A DNA stretch of 64,000 nucleotides from a virus, in the IMG/VR virus record IMGVR_UViG_3300032223_002658, positions 23,472-87,471 of that record, one strand, 5' to 3'. The notes beneath the pieces were generated by a model. It saw only the letters and a program-made list of their open reading frames with translations, was not told where the DNA came from and searched no databases. Shown here piece after piece: positions 39,309 to 48,946 of this stretch (position 1 is the stretch's first letter; each line of letters starts with the position of its first letter). A program made the position numbers and the translations under genes.

Positions 39309-40011
39309 TCACAAGAGCCTTCCAAGAAGATGGGAAATATTGTTTAATTATTATCCCAATTGCCGCAGCATACTGCTGAACTTCCCACTGTGCATGCGAG
39401 TCAGCTCTTTGATGATATACACGGGCATATGCAGCAAGCGAACCCGTCCACCACCATTCAGTATAGGTGGATTGTGGCAATATTGATCTTGCTTGTTCTG
39501 GAGCAACACCATTTTTAATAAGCTCATTGTATGTGTGCAGAGCTTCTTTTAAAGACATTGCATATATTCTAGTGCAAGTATTATAAGAATCATCTATTGG
39601 CATTGGTCCACCAGAACCTTGCTTCATACTTTTCTCTGGTGCTGATCTCCAAATTGGACTATAAAAACAAGGTTCATCAGTAACATATCTCCTAGATACC
39701 TCATTCTCAGTAAATCCAACCTTATGCTTGAACAGTTGAGTTCTTACAAAGATAGGGGCTTTGATTCTAAGAGTTATTTGCGGATGAGCAAAAGGAGTCC
39801 AGTGCTTATGCTTTGCCAAATAATGAATGAGTTTTTCATCACGATCTTGAAGCCTTTTATCTATTGGAACACCAGTCCATTTATAATCAGCATCCCAATC
39901 GCTTTCTTTGTTGAATGATACTCTTGCGGCATTAACAACTGTAAGATCATCACCCATGACATCAACTAAATCAACGCTTCCATGATCTAAAACTTTAACA
40001 CACTCTATCAT
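39247..40011 (-). CDS. thyX: FAD-dependent thymidylate synthase
   Basis: AARVSF, HWTPF, APIFVRTQLFKH, NEVSRRY, EQARSILP, HAQWE. Confidence 0.95.
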   Translation of the reverse strand: MIECVKVLDHGSVDLVDVMGDDLTVVNAARVSFNKESDWDADYKWTGVPIDKRLQDRDEKLIHYLAKHKHWTPFAHPQITLRIKAPIFVRTQLFKHKVGFTENEVSRRYVTDEPCFYSPIWRSAPEKSMKQGSGGPMPIDDSYNTCTRIYAMSLKEALHTYNELIKNGVAPEQARSILPQSTYTEWWWTGSLAAYARVYHQRADSHAQWEVQQYAAAIGIIIKQYFPSSWKALVNDEKAGINRQADNNITINQT

Positions 40012-40702
40012 TTTGAATTTTCCAATGCCTTTCTAGAAACAAAATCTTTATATGTTTTGTTAAATGTTGCTTTTGTTCCAGCCTCATCAAATTGTTCTGC
40101 AATCACAACATTCATTCTATATGGGGACTTTACAAGTATCCTTTCAATTCCATCAATCGCGCCAATGATATTTATCATCTCAACTGTAATTGGATAGTTC
40201 ACAAAAACAATATATTCATTCGACTTCCTGAATGCACACTGTGGACTAAATAGTGGCAGTATTTCTCCATTTATTTCAATCGTTTTTGGAAAGCCAGACT
40301 CTTCGTCAAACTGCCCATCAAACAATTTCTTTGTGCTTGGATCATGGCATTTGCTGTATTCGCCAGTTGGTTCGTTGCATATTGGACAAAGTCTTTTTTC
40401 CCAGCGGATCTCGGGCTTTTTTGTCCAGTCTATATTTTTAATCATTAGAATCCAATCTCTATATCCATAGACATATCTGATTTATCGCTACAGTCTTTCT
40501 TGAAGTTCGGGTTGTTTCTTCTCCACAAATCTCCAGATGGACAAGTGCAGTAACAAAATTCCATGTGTGATGGATGAATAAGCAAATCATCCCAACAAGA
40601 ACACCAATGCCATCCAGAGTCAAGTTCTTCTTTAGTTAACTTTACTGGACCTGTGTGGAACATAAGATGATTCCATCTTTCATCAGACATTTCTTCAGTC
40701 AT
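40008..40702 (-). CDS. two Cys-containing hypothetical genes (40008-40445, 40445-40702)
   Basis: Coupled ORFs; CPIC and WHWCSCWD motifs. Confidence 0.6.
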
Positions 40703-41862
40703 GTTTTGCTCTTCTTTCTGTAAAGTCTCATTCCATATTCATTATCAACAGCAGATGGAACAATACCATATTTGAATATAGGTTTATTATTTTTAAAATG
40801 AGTATAGTCTACATGATGATGCCATCTTCCAAATCTCCAAATTACATCAACAAGATCAGGATGCTGTTCTTTCAGAGAATTTGCAAATGCCCATCTGTTG
40901 TCATTTGTATTATAAACATTGTCTGTATTTCCACCTTTCATTGGTTTTTTACCTTTTGATCCAGCGGTAGTTCCTTTTTGCATAGTAAGCGCACAAAAAA
41001 CAGCAGTGCAATATCCATCTTTCAAAAGTCGCAAAGAAAGATCTGTATCTTCATTGTATCTTCCTCTCCAGCGATATGATAGACTTGTATCAAGCAAAAT
41101 GCAAGAATAAACTCTTGTATTAAAAATAACCGGGGAATGTGCAGTCCATCCAACTTTAACAAATCCACTGTGATGAGGACCTGCCATTGCTATATTTTCA
41201 TATCTGTCAACAAAATCTTCCATTGCATTGAAAAATCCTCCACCTCCAACCTGTATTCTTCTTGTGAGATTTGCTCTGCAAAACCAATGGATGTTATCAT
41301 CAACAACCCAATGTCGTTTGTGTTCTCTTTCTTTTGCCCAATCCCAAATGAAATTGCGCGCAGTAATAGAACCCTGACCTAGATCGTGAAATGGCATTAC
41401 AACGACTTTGTCTTCTCCAACAGCAGTTTTATACTTATCTTCCTCAGTTTCCTCCACGAAGAATTTATAATCTACTCCAAGACAATCTAATGCTTTTCCT
41501 GTGACTTGTACATCTGCTCTTCCTTTACTTGGAATGCAAACAGGGTATCTGGAATTTGTTTTTGGACCAAGGTATTTATATTCACCAGGATCTGGGCTTA
41601 TTTGCTGTGGAAACCAAATTGATTTTTGCTTTGAGCCACCATCAAGACCAACCTTATTGTAAAAAGCTCTTCTGTCTTCAGCTGTTAAAAAATTAACAAC
41701 TATTTGCGAGTAAGGTTTTATGCTTTCATTATTAAATGCTGGCATTCCCCACCAATGAGACTTCCAGTCAGGCTCAAGATCAAAAAGATCATCTTGAATT
41801 TTTTCTCTTGATGGTCTTTTTAAATCTTTTATATCTTCTTTATCTGCTTCTTGGTGTTCCAT
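40699..41862 (-). CDS. GREB1/TET-associated (TAGT)-like glycosyltransferase
   Basis: YPVCIPSKGR, ARNFIW, WVVDDNI, VYSCIL, WRGRYNEDTDLSL, GGNT; N-terminal WWGMP..KSIWFP module. Confidence 0.8.
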   Translation of the reverse strand: MEHQEADKEDIKDLKRPSREKIQDDLFDLEPDWKSHWWGMPAFNNESIKPYSQIVVNFLTAEDRRAFYNKVGLDGGSKQKSIWFPQQISPDPGEYKYLGPKTNSRYPVCIPSKGRADVQVTGKALDCLGVDYKFFVEETEEDKYKTAVGEDKVVVMPFHDLGQGSITARNFIWDWAKEREHKRHWVVDDNIHWFCRANLTRRIQVGGGGFFNAMEDFVDRYENIAMAGPHHSGFVKVGWTAHSPVIFNTRVYSCILLDTSLSYRWRGRYNEDTDLSLRLLKDGYCTAVFCALTMQKGTTAGSKGKKPMKGGNTDNVYNTNDNRWAFANSLKEQHPDLVDVIWRFGRWHHHVDYTHFKNNKPIFKYGIVPSAVDNEYGMRLYRKKSKT

Positions 41863-41887
41863 TTAAGTGAATTTCTTTCGGAGTTTA

Positions 41888-42657
41888 TTAGCGGTTTTGT
41901 CGCACATTTTTCGCAGTTTCACCTAAGTGAAGAACCGCATCAGTAGTTGACATTGGATAATGCTTTGTTACTCTTCTTGCTCTTTGTCTAATATATGATG
42001 GAACTTTTGGTGTTGATTTTGGATTCATTAAATCATACAAAAAAAGTCTTGCGGATTCAATTGCCCGAATCATTTCTTCTGATGTTGTCATATGTTGAGA
42101 ATATAGTTGGGACTACTGTTTGTTGTCCATTTGAAATTGATTGGCTTTGCATACCAAACAATATGTGGGCAACATACTTTCGTATCTTTTCTTGATCAAT
42201 AAACTGCACAAGTTCTTCTGCCGCATAAGTCAGACATTCCTGAGAGATGCTGGCAGACTGCAGTATCTTGTACGCAATATCGTCGGTTATTTCATCTTTA
42301 GAGTCAAAGTTTATTTCGCAAGTCCAATCTTCCTCATCAAAGATGTAATTAATTGATATCATCTATCGCTCTTCCTTCTTCAACAACAAAATGAACAAGC
42401 ACGTGATCGCCTGAATCACGATTAAGCGTTTCCCATTTGTGAGTGAGATTTGCGCTATAGCTTTTTCCAACCGTTGGTTTGAATGCCATAAATTTTGCGA
42501 ATAGATCTACTTGATATTCATTTCCTATGGCTGGATTCTCAACAACAAATACCGATGGATTGTCTGTGTCGTGCTTTACTTTTACTATCATTTTATGCTC
42601 CAAAAATTGATGATGCATTTTGAGTTGAATACTTATATGGCTTGCTAAGGCTTTCAC
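41888..42657 (-). CDS. three small hypothetical genes (41888-42091, 42057-42362, 42349-42657)
   Basis: Overlapping ORFs on the coding strand. Confidence 0.55.
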
Positions 42658-43213
42658 TCCAGAAAGAAGGCAGATCTATCTTTACTTTTTCTGGACGAGC
42701 AAGCTGATCAGGGCAATACATTATTGCTTCTTCTTGGCCAAGTCTAAATGTGCTTGGCATTATGTTGTGATACTTTTGCGAAATTATCTTCTTGATGACG
42801 CTTCCTTGCTTCACCATAGAGAAGTCAAGATTCTTAATTATCCATGTGTCAACATATGCCTCCATTCCCTTGTTGATCCATCTGGTGTCGCTTGTAGAAA
42901 ACATCAGTGTAACGTCTCTCTGTCTTGCAAGCGAACACATCATTAGCAGCGCATCATTGTTTCTCTTCTCATATTTTGGATAAACGAGTTGAGGCTCATC
43001 CACCCATACGATGCAGTCAGATACCTCTTCAAATGAAATGCATGAAACATTTTCTATACCTGTTCCATTCAATGCTTCTGGATAAGGATGGTCAACAATA
43101 TATTTAGCTCTTCCTTCACATTTTGACATGATGTTAAAACAAGTAGCGGTTTTGCCGCTACCTGTATTACCAACAACAGAAATTACCTTGCAACGATTCC
43201 AATTGAATTTCAT
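42593..43213 (-). CDS. P-loop ATPase
   Basis: VVGNTGSGKT Walker A; VWVDE Walker B; likely start MKFNW at 43213. Confidence 0.8.
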   Translation of the reverse strand: MKFNWNRCKVISVVGNTGSGKTATCFNIMSKCEGRAKYIVDHPYPEALNGTGIENVSCISFEEVSDCIVWVDEPQLVYPKYEKRNNDALLMMCSLARQRDVTLMFSTSDTRWINKGMEAYVDTWIIKNLDFSMVKQGSVIKKIISQKYHNIMPSTFRLGQEEAIMYCPDQLARPEKVKIDLPSFWSESLSKPYKYSTQNASSIFGA

Positions 43214-43214
43214 G

Positions 43215-43745
43215 TCAGATTGTAGTCGCTTGAGGTCTTTTGTTGTTAAGGCAAATGCCGCCATTGCGACCACGCTTGAACTGAACGCTCTCACCGTACT
43301 TCTCAATGATTAGAGTCTTCATGTCATTTGGATAGATGTTGTATGACTCAGCAAGAGCGACAAGCTTTGCTTGGCCAGATGATGCCATCTCCTCAAACTT
43401 AGTCCAGTCAATCGAAATCTTCTTTGGGTCATTCTTTGATGTGCGTGTCTTCATTTTGGTTTCCTTTTTGTTTGTATTTTCAATCCAGTGAATGTCTTTC
43501 AAGCATTTTACACAAATTGGGCTGACGTATTTGCCATATGAAAATGGCATGTGATTTAATTTTTCAAAGCAGTGTCCACATAAGCATCCTTCTGGTTCTC
43601 CTTTCTGATCAGTCGTTACTAGAATCGTCTTTCCGTTTCCTCTATCAATTTCAGTATAGTTGAACTCAAGAGCTTTATTTCTGTTATTACTTCTTCTTTG
43701 TTCGAATTCTTGCAAGATTTGTTCCGCTGAACGGTGTACGTACAT
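43215..43745 (-). CDS. hypothetical protein with Zn-finger-like Cys pairs
   Basis: CGHC..CVKC; possible internal start at MKTRTSK. Confidence 0.55.
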   Translation of the reverse strand: MYVHRSAEQILQEFEQRRSNNRNKALEFNYTEIDRGNGKTILVTTDQKGEPEGCLCGHCFEKLNHMPFSYGKYVSPICVKCLKDIHWIENTNKKETKMKTRTSKNDPKKISIDWTKFEEMASSGQAKLVALAESYNIYPNDMKTLIIEKYGESVQFKRGRNGGICLNNKRPQATTI

Positions 43746-44184
43746 TTATTTTGTACTTTCTGTGAGAAGCGTTTATTGAAATTTCACTAGAGATGTGCCT
43801 GATTTCAGACCACGGAAATAAATACCATGAGTCCGTGTGCGGATTGTACACGGCCAGGTAATCAAAGTCGCCTTCTTCATAAGAAATTTTCTTGTTGCCT
43901 CGGGTTTTTTTGCGAATGTCACATCTGAATTTTTCTTTGTTTTTGTCATAGTAGCACTGCTTTACTTGAATTGATTGAAATGAATCATTTATTCCTCTGA
44001 CAACAAAGTCATAAGGAAGCTCTTCAATAAATGGTTTGCTGCATTCCCATCCCATCAAATGGCATACTGATGGGAAAAGCGTTTGTCCATACAAGCCATT
44101 ATTGAATTTTACTTTAGAGCCTTCTTCTTGCTCGCTGATTCGCTTACTTCGTTCATTAGCAAAAACATTAGTGCGACTCGCCAT
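43687..44184 (-). CDS. PD-(D/E)XK endonuclease (homing-endonuclease-like)
   Basis: PYDFVV..IQVKQ..DFDYLAVY..WYLFP. Confidence 0.8.
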   Translation of the reverse strand: MASRTNVFANERSKRISEQEEGSKVKFNNGLYGQTLFPSVCHLMGWECSKPFIEELPYDFVVRGINDSFQSIQVKQCYYDKNKEKFRCDIRKKTRGNKKISYEEGDFDYLAVYNPHTDSWYLFPWSEIRHISSEISINASHRKYKINVRTPFSGTNLARIRTKKK

Positions 44185-44989
44185 TTATATCCTTTACTGG
44201 TGCGTCTATAGGCTCCAGACTTATATTGTAGATTTGTCCAGTCAAGAATTTCTTCTATATCGTTTGACTTATTGGAAAATTCACCTGTCTCATTTAGTTG
44301 ATCATTCATCGACATTGCATAAGCTTCAACAGCGAGCATTGATGCAGATGCCACGATTTGCTTTTCCCATTCTTGACTGTATCTAGTTGTGCATTCAAGG
44401 ACGGTAGAAATGAATGAAAATTTGGACAACAGCTTCTTTCTGACTTGATCGTATTCTCTTTGTGCAACTGACATCAGCTTGTTATCTGAAATGACGTTGT
44501 ACATATCTAGAGCTACATTGGTTGTGACATGAACAAAAAGAACTTCTGTTGGTACAGACCTTGTGGCTTTTTCTTGCATTACTGATCTCGGATATCTCTT
44601 TTAATGTTGCGTGACATCTGCTTGCCTTTTTCTGTAAGGCTTACGATTGTTGTTCCATCTTCTTTTCTTTTTACCGTTACCAGCCCAGATGTTTCAAGAT
44701 CATGAATCTTGCTTTCCATTAGTATTGCAACAGCAAGCTCATTGTCAATATCTGTTAGCTTTTTATCAAGATTCTGCTTTATATTTTTTTCTACAATGGA
44801 TATAAGTGGAGATTCACTTTTTAAATATCTCCAAACAACTGTGTAATACGCAGCTTTTGCGCTTACTTGTTCAGTTGTCATTTTGTCTTCTTGTACTTCT
44901 ATTTGAGTATAGAGAAGACTATAGGCAGACATTATATTTTTGTAGTCTGCCATCAGTATTTTCTTTGCCTCAGCGTACTTTTCCATCAT
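44109..44989 (-). CDS. two hypothetical genes (44109-44579; 44579-44989 with winged-helix-like end)
   Basis: LETSGLV..SLTEKG wing motif in the second gene. Confidence 0.55.
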
Positions 44990-45540
44990 TTATTCATACA
45001 CTTCTTTCCCTCACAACAAGCCTTAGAAATTATCTGATAGATCTTTTGCTTGCTACAATGCAGCTTTTCGGCAATTGAATCAATGCTCATATCTTCCATA
45101 AAACGCATTTTCATTATTTTTGCGTATTCTGGTCGCAGAGAAGCCATGATTTTTGAAAACAATTCTGAGTTTTCTTCATCAGACTTATCTGTATAACTGC
45201 TTGGAGGATTTTCTCCATAAATTTTCATTGCAACTCGGTGCATTCGGTTCTTCTTGGTCATGAGATCTTTTACGACCCCTCTTCCGCGATTGAATGCATA
45301 TGTTGAGAAATCAGCCTTTAGCGGATCATATGAAAATCTGTTTTCCCAAAGATCAATATAAATCTCCTGAACAGCATCATCTCTCTCTGAGATTGGAAGC
45401 TTTCCGATAAGTGGGCCATTCTTTGGAAATCTATTTTTGATGTAATTGATGATGTAATCGCTGATTTGAATTTCAGTCATATCAGCAAATTCAGGTCGTC
45501 TGGCGAGTGCGACTTGCATTTTCTTGCCCTTGTTTTTCAT
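44986..45540 (-). CDS. sigma-70 family (ECF-sized) sigma factor
   Basis: DDAVQE..YDP..FSTYA region 2; MSIDSIAEKLHCSKQKIYQI region 4 HTH. Confidence 0.88.
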   Translation of the reverse strand: MKNKGKKMQVALARRPEFADMTEIQISDYIINYIKNRFPKNGPLIGKLPISERDDAVQEIYIDLWENRFSYDPLKADFSTYAFNRGRGVVKDLMTKKNRMHRVAMKIYGENPPSSYTDKSDEENSELFSKIMASLRPEYAKIMKMRFMEDMSIDSIAEKLHCSKQKIYQIISKACCEGKKCMNK

Positions 45541-45546
45541 CTGATT

Positions 45547-46002
45547 TTAAAATCTTGACAATGATCGTTTGCCAATCAAAACCAAAAATACCATGCAAAT
45601 TAGAACTATTGATGGCTCTGGAACGTGTGGATGTCCGCAGTCAGAGCAAATTTCTGGCTGCATTGATCCCATCGAAACGCTTTCAACTCTATCATAAAAA
45701 ACTGGAGCAAAGAACTCTTGATTCACCGTTTGAATTGTTTTGATATAATCGTCACCAAGATAAAGCTTGTGAATCCAAAATCCATCAAAAGATCCCATGA
45801 AAAAGCTGCTTATAGCGACTGGGTAATTTGCATGTGTTGGTGAAACAACGGCTGGGTTAATTGAGTTTGTAATGTTAAGTGAATTGATAAAGTATAGATT
45901 GTCAGCATAAGAAAAACCAAGATATGTCGATCCTTGGTCTTGAGATACTGAAATTTTTTGTCCTTCACTAAATACGGTAGATGTTGGATAATAAATACTC
46001 AT
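45547..46002 (-). CDS. PEP-CTERM domain protein
   Basis: VPEPS plus hydrophobic helix plus KR..R at the C-terminus. Confidence 0.7.
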   Translation of the reverse strand: MSIYYPTSTVFSEGQKISVSQDQGSTYLGFSYADNLYFINSLNITNSINPAVVSPTHANYPVAISSFFMGSFDGFWIHKLYLGDDYIKTIQTVNQEFFAPVFYDRVESVSMGSMQPEICSDCGHPHVPEPSIVLICMVFLVLIGKRSLSRF

Positions 46003-46340
46003 GTTTCAAATGACTTCCATTCTTCTAGTTCTTCTCTTTCTACTGCGGCACGATCATAAAACATAACTCCACAACCACCACGTTTTCTCTTAACAAGAAT
46101 TTTCTTGTAATGCTTGGCAATTTTATTTGCGCGAGAAGCACCTCTAACAACAAAGTGGTGATCTCTCCTACCTGAGAAAAAATCAAATCCACTACCTGTT
46201 TGAGATCTCTTCATTGAAGATGGAAGTGTTTCATATGACATCTCCATTCCATCCCAATCGGTTGATTCAATGTAAAGATCGTATATCTTATTTGCGTTAG
46301 TTCTTGACGGTGTTAGTTTTTTGGTTTTGCTTGATGTCAT
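45999..46340 (-). CDS. hypothetical protein
   Basis: ORF coupled to the next gene. Confidence 0.6.
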   Translation of the reverse strand: MTSSKTKKLTPSRTNANKIYDLYIESTDWDGMEMSYETLPSSMKRSQTGSGFDFFSGRRDHHFVVRGASRANKIAKHYKKILVKRKRGGCGVMFYDRAAVEREELEEWKSFET

Positions 46341-46358
46341 AATTTTTCTTTATATTAA

Positions 46359-46432
46359 CATTCCCGACAGGATTCGAACCTGTGACCTAGTGCTTAGAAG
46401 GCACTTGCTCTATCCAGCTGAGCTACGGGAAT
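46359..46432 (-). tRNA. tRNA-Arg(UCU)
   Basis: ATTCCCG/CGGGAAT acceptor, AGTGC-CTTCTAA-GCACT anticodon arm, GGTTCGAATCC. Confidence 0.93.
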
Positions 46433-46437
46433 ATAGC

Positions 46438-46647
46438 TCAATATGAAACTATCTTACAGTTGTTAAAACGTTCTTTCCAATATTGTTTGATGTGTGAAAG
46501 ATCTCTTCTTGTGCATTCGTATGTAACACTTGCATATCCATAACTTGAAGAGCAATTTAGATATTCATGATCAAGACCATTTATAGCTTCTCCAAACGTG
46601 ATCATATCAACAGGAGAATTTATCTTTACTTCAACTATTGCAGTCAT
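46438..46647 (-). CDS. hypothetical protein
   Basis: ORF on the coding strand. Confidence 0.5.
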   Translation of the reverse strand: MTAIVEVKINSPVDMITFGEAINGLDHEYLNCSSSYGYASVTYECTRRDLSHIKQYWKERFNNCKIVSY

Positions 46648-46786
46648 TATCTACCACCAATCATTCTGCTGAATATCCAGCAAAATACAACGCACTTTGT
46701 CAAAAATATTGTACCATGAACAATAATCGCAGCCATCATTTCTGCTGGAGTATAACTAAATCCGTCTTTTGATTTTAGGTCCATAT

Positions 46787-47359
46787 TCATTGTTCGTATC
46801 CAATCTTGTCCATGATTTGAGAAATTGAAATTGGCATATAGTTATTTGCATCAACACCAACATCATATCTGTACTTGTGAAGAGGGTTTGCTGAAATCAA
46901 TTGACCATGCGTATGACCATGTAGGTGAATTGAGTTATAGTTTTGTTTGCACCAAGATTCGATTGGATAATGGAAAGCAATGACTTTTGCAATGCGACGA
47001 TTGTCGGAAAGACTTCCAAAAAGACCTTTGAGTGAAATCTCCTGGTAATCACTGATGCTTTTAAAATCGGTTGTTCGATTCTTTGCATACTCAGCCGATG
47101 GATCGTGATTGCCACAAACCAGATGCACATTCTTGCACTTCAGTTTATTGAGAATTTTACGAACTTCATTTTCCCATTTGCGACCATTTGAATGAAAACA
47201 AAAATCGCCAAGGTGATATAGGTGATCATTTTCATCAACAAAACTATTGATGTTATTGATGATCACTTCTTCCATTTGACCGCATGAAGTGAATGGTCTA
47301 TTGGCGTATTTAATAATGTTCTCGTGACCAAAATGAGTGTCAGATGTAAACCAGATCAT
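46787..47359 (-). CDS. calcineurin-like metallophosphoesterase
   Basis: TSDTHFGH, HLGD, GNHD, HYP, HGHTH, DVGVD. Confidence 0.92.
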   Translation of the reverse strand: MIWFTSDTHFGHENIIKYANRPFTSCGQMEEVIINNINSFVDENDHLYHLGDFCFHSNGRKWENEVRKILNKLKCKNVHLVCGNHDPSAEYAKNRTTDFKSISDYQEISLKGLFGSLSDNRRIAKVIAFHYPIESWCKQNYNSIHLHGHTHGQLISANPLHKYRYDVGVDANNYMPISISQIMDKIGYEQ

Positions 47360-47462
47360 GTTTTATGTCCTAAATTAATTTGAAATTACTGCAAGTGCGA
47401 CAAGCACAAGAGGCAGTATTATAGCGAAAACTAAAATTAAGATTGCAAGATAACCAATTATT

Positions 47463-47660
47463 TTATCGCTTATCGTGTCCTTGTCCATCGGTTTTTGGCT
47501 TTGGATATCCCCAATCTCTTGTTTCTGTAACAGTCTTTTCTTCTCTACAAAAGTCACATATTCCTGTATGATATGTTGATACTCGTATTGCTTTTTTTGC
47601 ATTCAAACTTTTTGCACAATCATTGCAAATCCATACATGGTTGTATTCGTAATCTTTCAT
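47463..47660 (-). CDS. small Zn-finger protein
   Basis: CNDC..CDFC; start 47660 just after the tRNA. Confidence 0.55.
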   Translation of the reverse strand: MKDYEYNHVWICNDCAKSLNAKKAIRVSTYHTGICDFCREEKTVTETRDWGYPKPKTDGQGHDKR

Positions 47661-47662
47661 AA

Positions 47663-47735
47663 TAGGGCCGGTGGGATTCGAACCCACACTGTGTTGATTT
47701 TGAGTCAACTGACTCTGCCGTTGGTCTACGACCCC
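47663..47735 (-). tRNA. tRNA-Leu(CAA) with short variable loop
   Basis: GGGGTCG/CGGCCCT-A, GTTGA-CTCAAAA-TCAAC, GTGGG-TTCGAAT-CCCAC. Confidence 0.88.
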
Positions 47736-47739
47736 ATAT

Positions 47740-47760
47740 TATCCCAGTCGCATTGGGATA
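47740..47760. other. hairpin immediately 5' of tRNA-Leu
   Basis: TATCCCAGT-CGC-ATTGGGATA. Confidence 0.4.
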
Positions 47761-47764
47761 TCAT

Positions 47765-48382
47765 TTACATCATATATTCGGAAATAATATCTAGCAAGTT
47801 TTCTTTTGTTAGTTCTTGTTCTGGCTTAAATGAGCCATCATTCTTAATGATATTATGCATAATTGCTTCAAGACGCTTTTTAACAACAGGATATTTATTC
47901 TTAAAAGCTATGGCCACTCCGCGCTTACGCGTTTCTAGCTTGTCTGAATGAGCACCATCGTCTCCCTCAAAACAACCCTCAATTAGCTCTAGCTCTTCAG
48001 GAGAGAAGTATCTATTAAGAGGGGAGGTTTTAAGATTTTCAAAACAATCATAAACCTCTTCACCATTATCAAATTCTACACCATTAAATAGATTAACTGA
48101 TGAAACAAAAATTGATCCTAGAGCGCAAACTCTACAGTTTTTTACCTTCTTCGTGTAGTCCTGTGCTGAAAATGGCATCAAACGACAAGTATCATCACTA
48201 TCCAGATAGTTATCTACCGAATTATAAACAATGTCGTCAAGAGATCCCATCTTTGGATCTTCCATCCATACACCCATTTGTGGGATAATCTTCTTTGACT
48301 TGATCTGCGCCAAAACATCTTTGGCAATAGCAACTCGCATTTGATTTTTTGTCAGCTTTTTCTTTTTGGTTTTTGTAGTCAT
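47765..48382 (-). CDS. hypothetical protein
   Basis: RVAIAKDV, CRVCALG, IIKNDGSF. Confidence 0.65.
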   Translation of the reverse strand: MTTKTKKKKLTKNQMRVAIAKDVLAQIKSKKIIPQMGVWMEDPKMGSLDDIVYNSVDNYLDSDDTCRLMPFSAQDYTKKVKNCRVCALGSIFVSSVNLFNGVEFDNGEEVYDCFENLKTSPLNRYFSPEELELIEGCFEGDDGAHSDKLETRKRGVAIAFKNKYPVVKKRLEAIMHNIIKNDGSFKPEQELTKENLLDIISEYMM

Positions 48383-48391
48383 TTTGTATCC

Positions 48392-48946
48392 CTATAGAAC
48401 TTTTGAGCAATAGTCGTACATGGCAATACCGCTTGCCGTGCCGACATTTAAACTTCTTACTGAGCCGTACTGCTGAATATAGATCTTGTCGTGGCAAATG
48501 TCAAGAACTTCTTTTGGAATTCCAACTTGTTCTTGACCGAATACCATAAGCACATGCTCATTCTTAGGCCAACAATAGTTGTTGACCGAAAATGAATTTT
48601 TTACATTGTCAACACCAACAACTCTTAGATATTTATGTGAATTGTAAAGATTATTTATTTCGTTTTTAAGATCGTCAATTTCCTTTACGTGTTTGAATTT
48701 TGTATAAATGTGTGTACCAACAGTTCCGCGGCGATCATATCTCTTGTTGCCGTATATTAGAACTTCTTTCGCAAGGAAAGCGTTGGAATTTCGCACTACT
48801 GTCGCAATATTAAAATCATTGAGCAGATTACAACACAGTACGCTGAAATTATTTCTGCGCGTATCAAGATCAGTCATGATCGCTTCATGCGTCCAGTATT
48901 TGTAATGATCAATTAGATTGCGACCGTCGATTGTTGGCTCATGCAT
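48392..48946 (-). CDS. SPOUT RNA methyltransferase (TrmH/SpoU family)
   Basis: NIATVVRN, FGQEQVGI, SVRSLNVGTA. Confidence 0.9.
   Translation of the reverse strand: MHEPTIDGRNLIDHYKYWTHEAIMTDLDTRRNNFSVLCCNLLNDFNIATVVRNSNAFLAKEVLIYGNKRYDRRGTVGTHIYTKFKHVKEIDDLKNEINNLYNSHKYLRVVGVDNVKNSFSVNNYCWPKNEHVLMVFGQEQVGIPKEVLDICHDKIYIQQYGSVRSLNVGTASGIAMYDYCSKVL

Noticed and set aside
43687-44184. Mobile intron around the PD-(D/E)XK endonuclease
   Set aside because: The flanking genes are not two halves of one gene; it is a free-standing ORF
44996-45001. Further GTGTAT copies (44996, 29683, 53948, 25667)
   Set aside because: Wrong following base, wrong orientation or too far from a start; treated as possible chance hits
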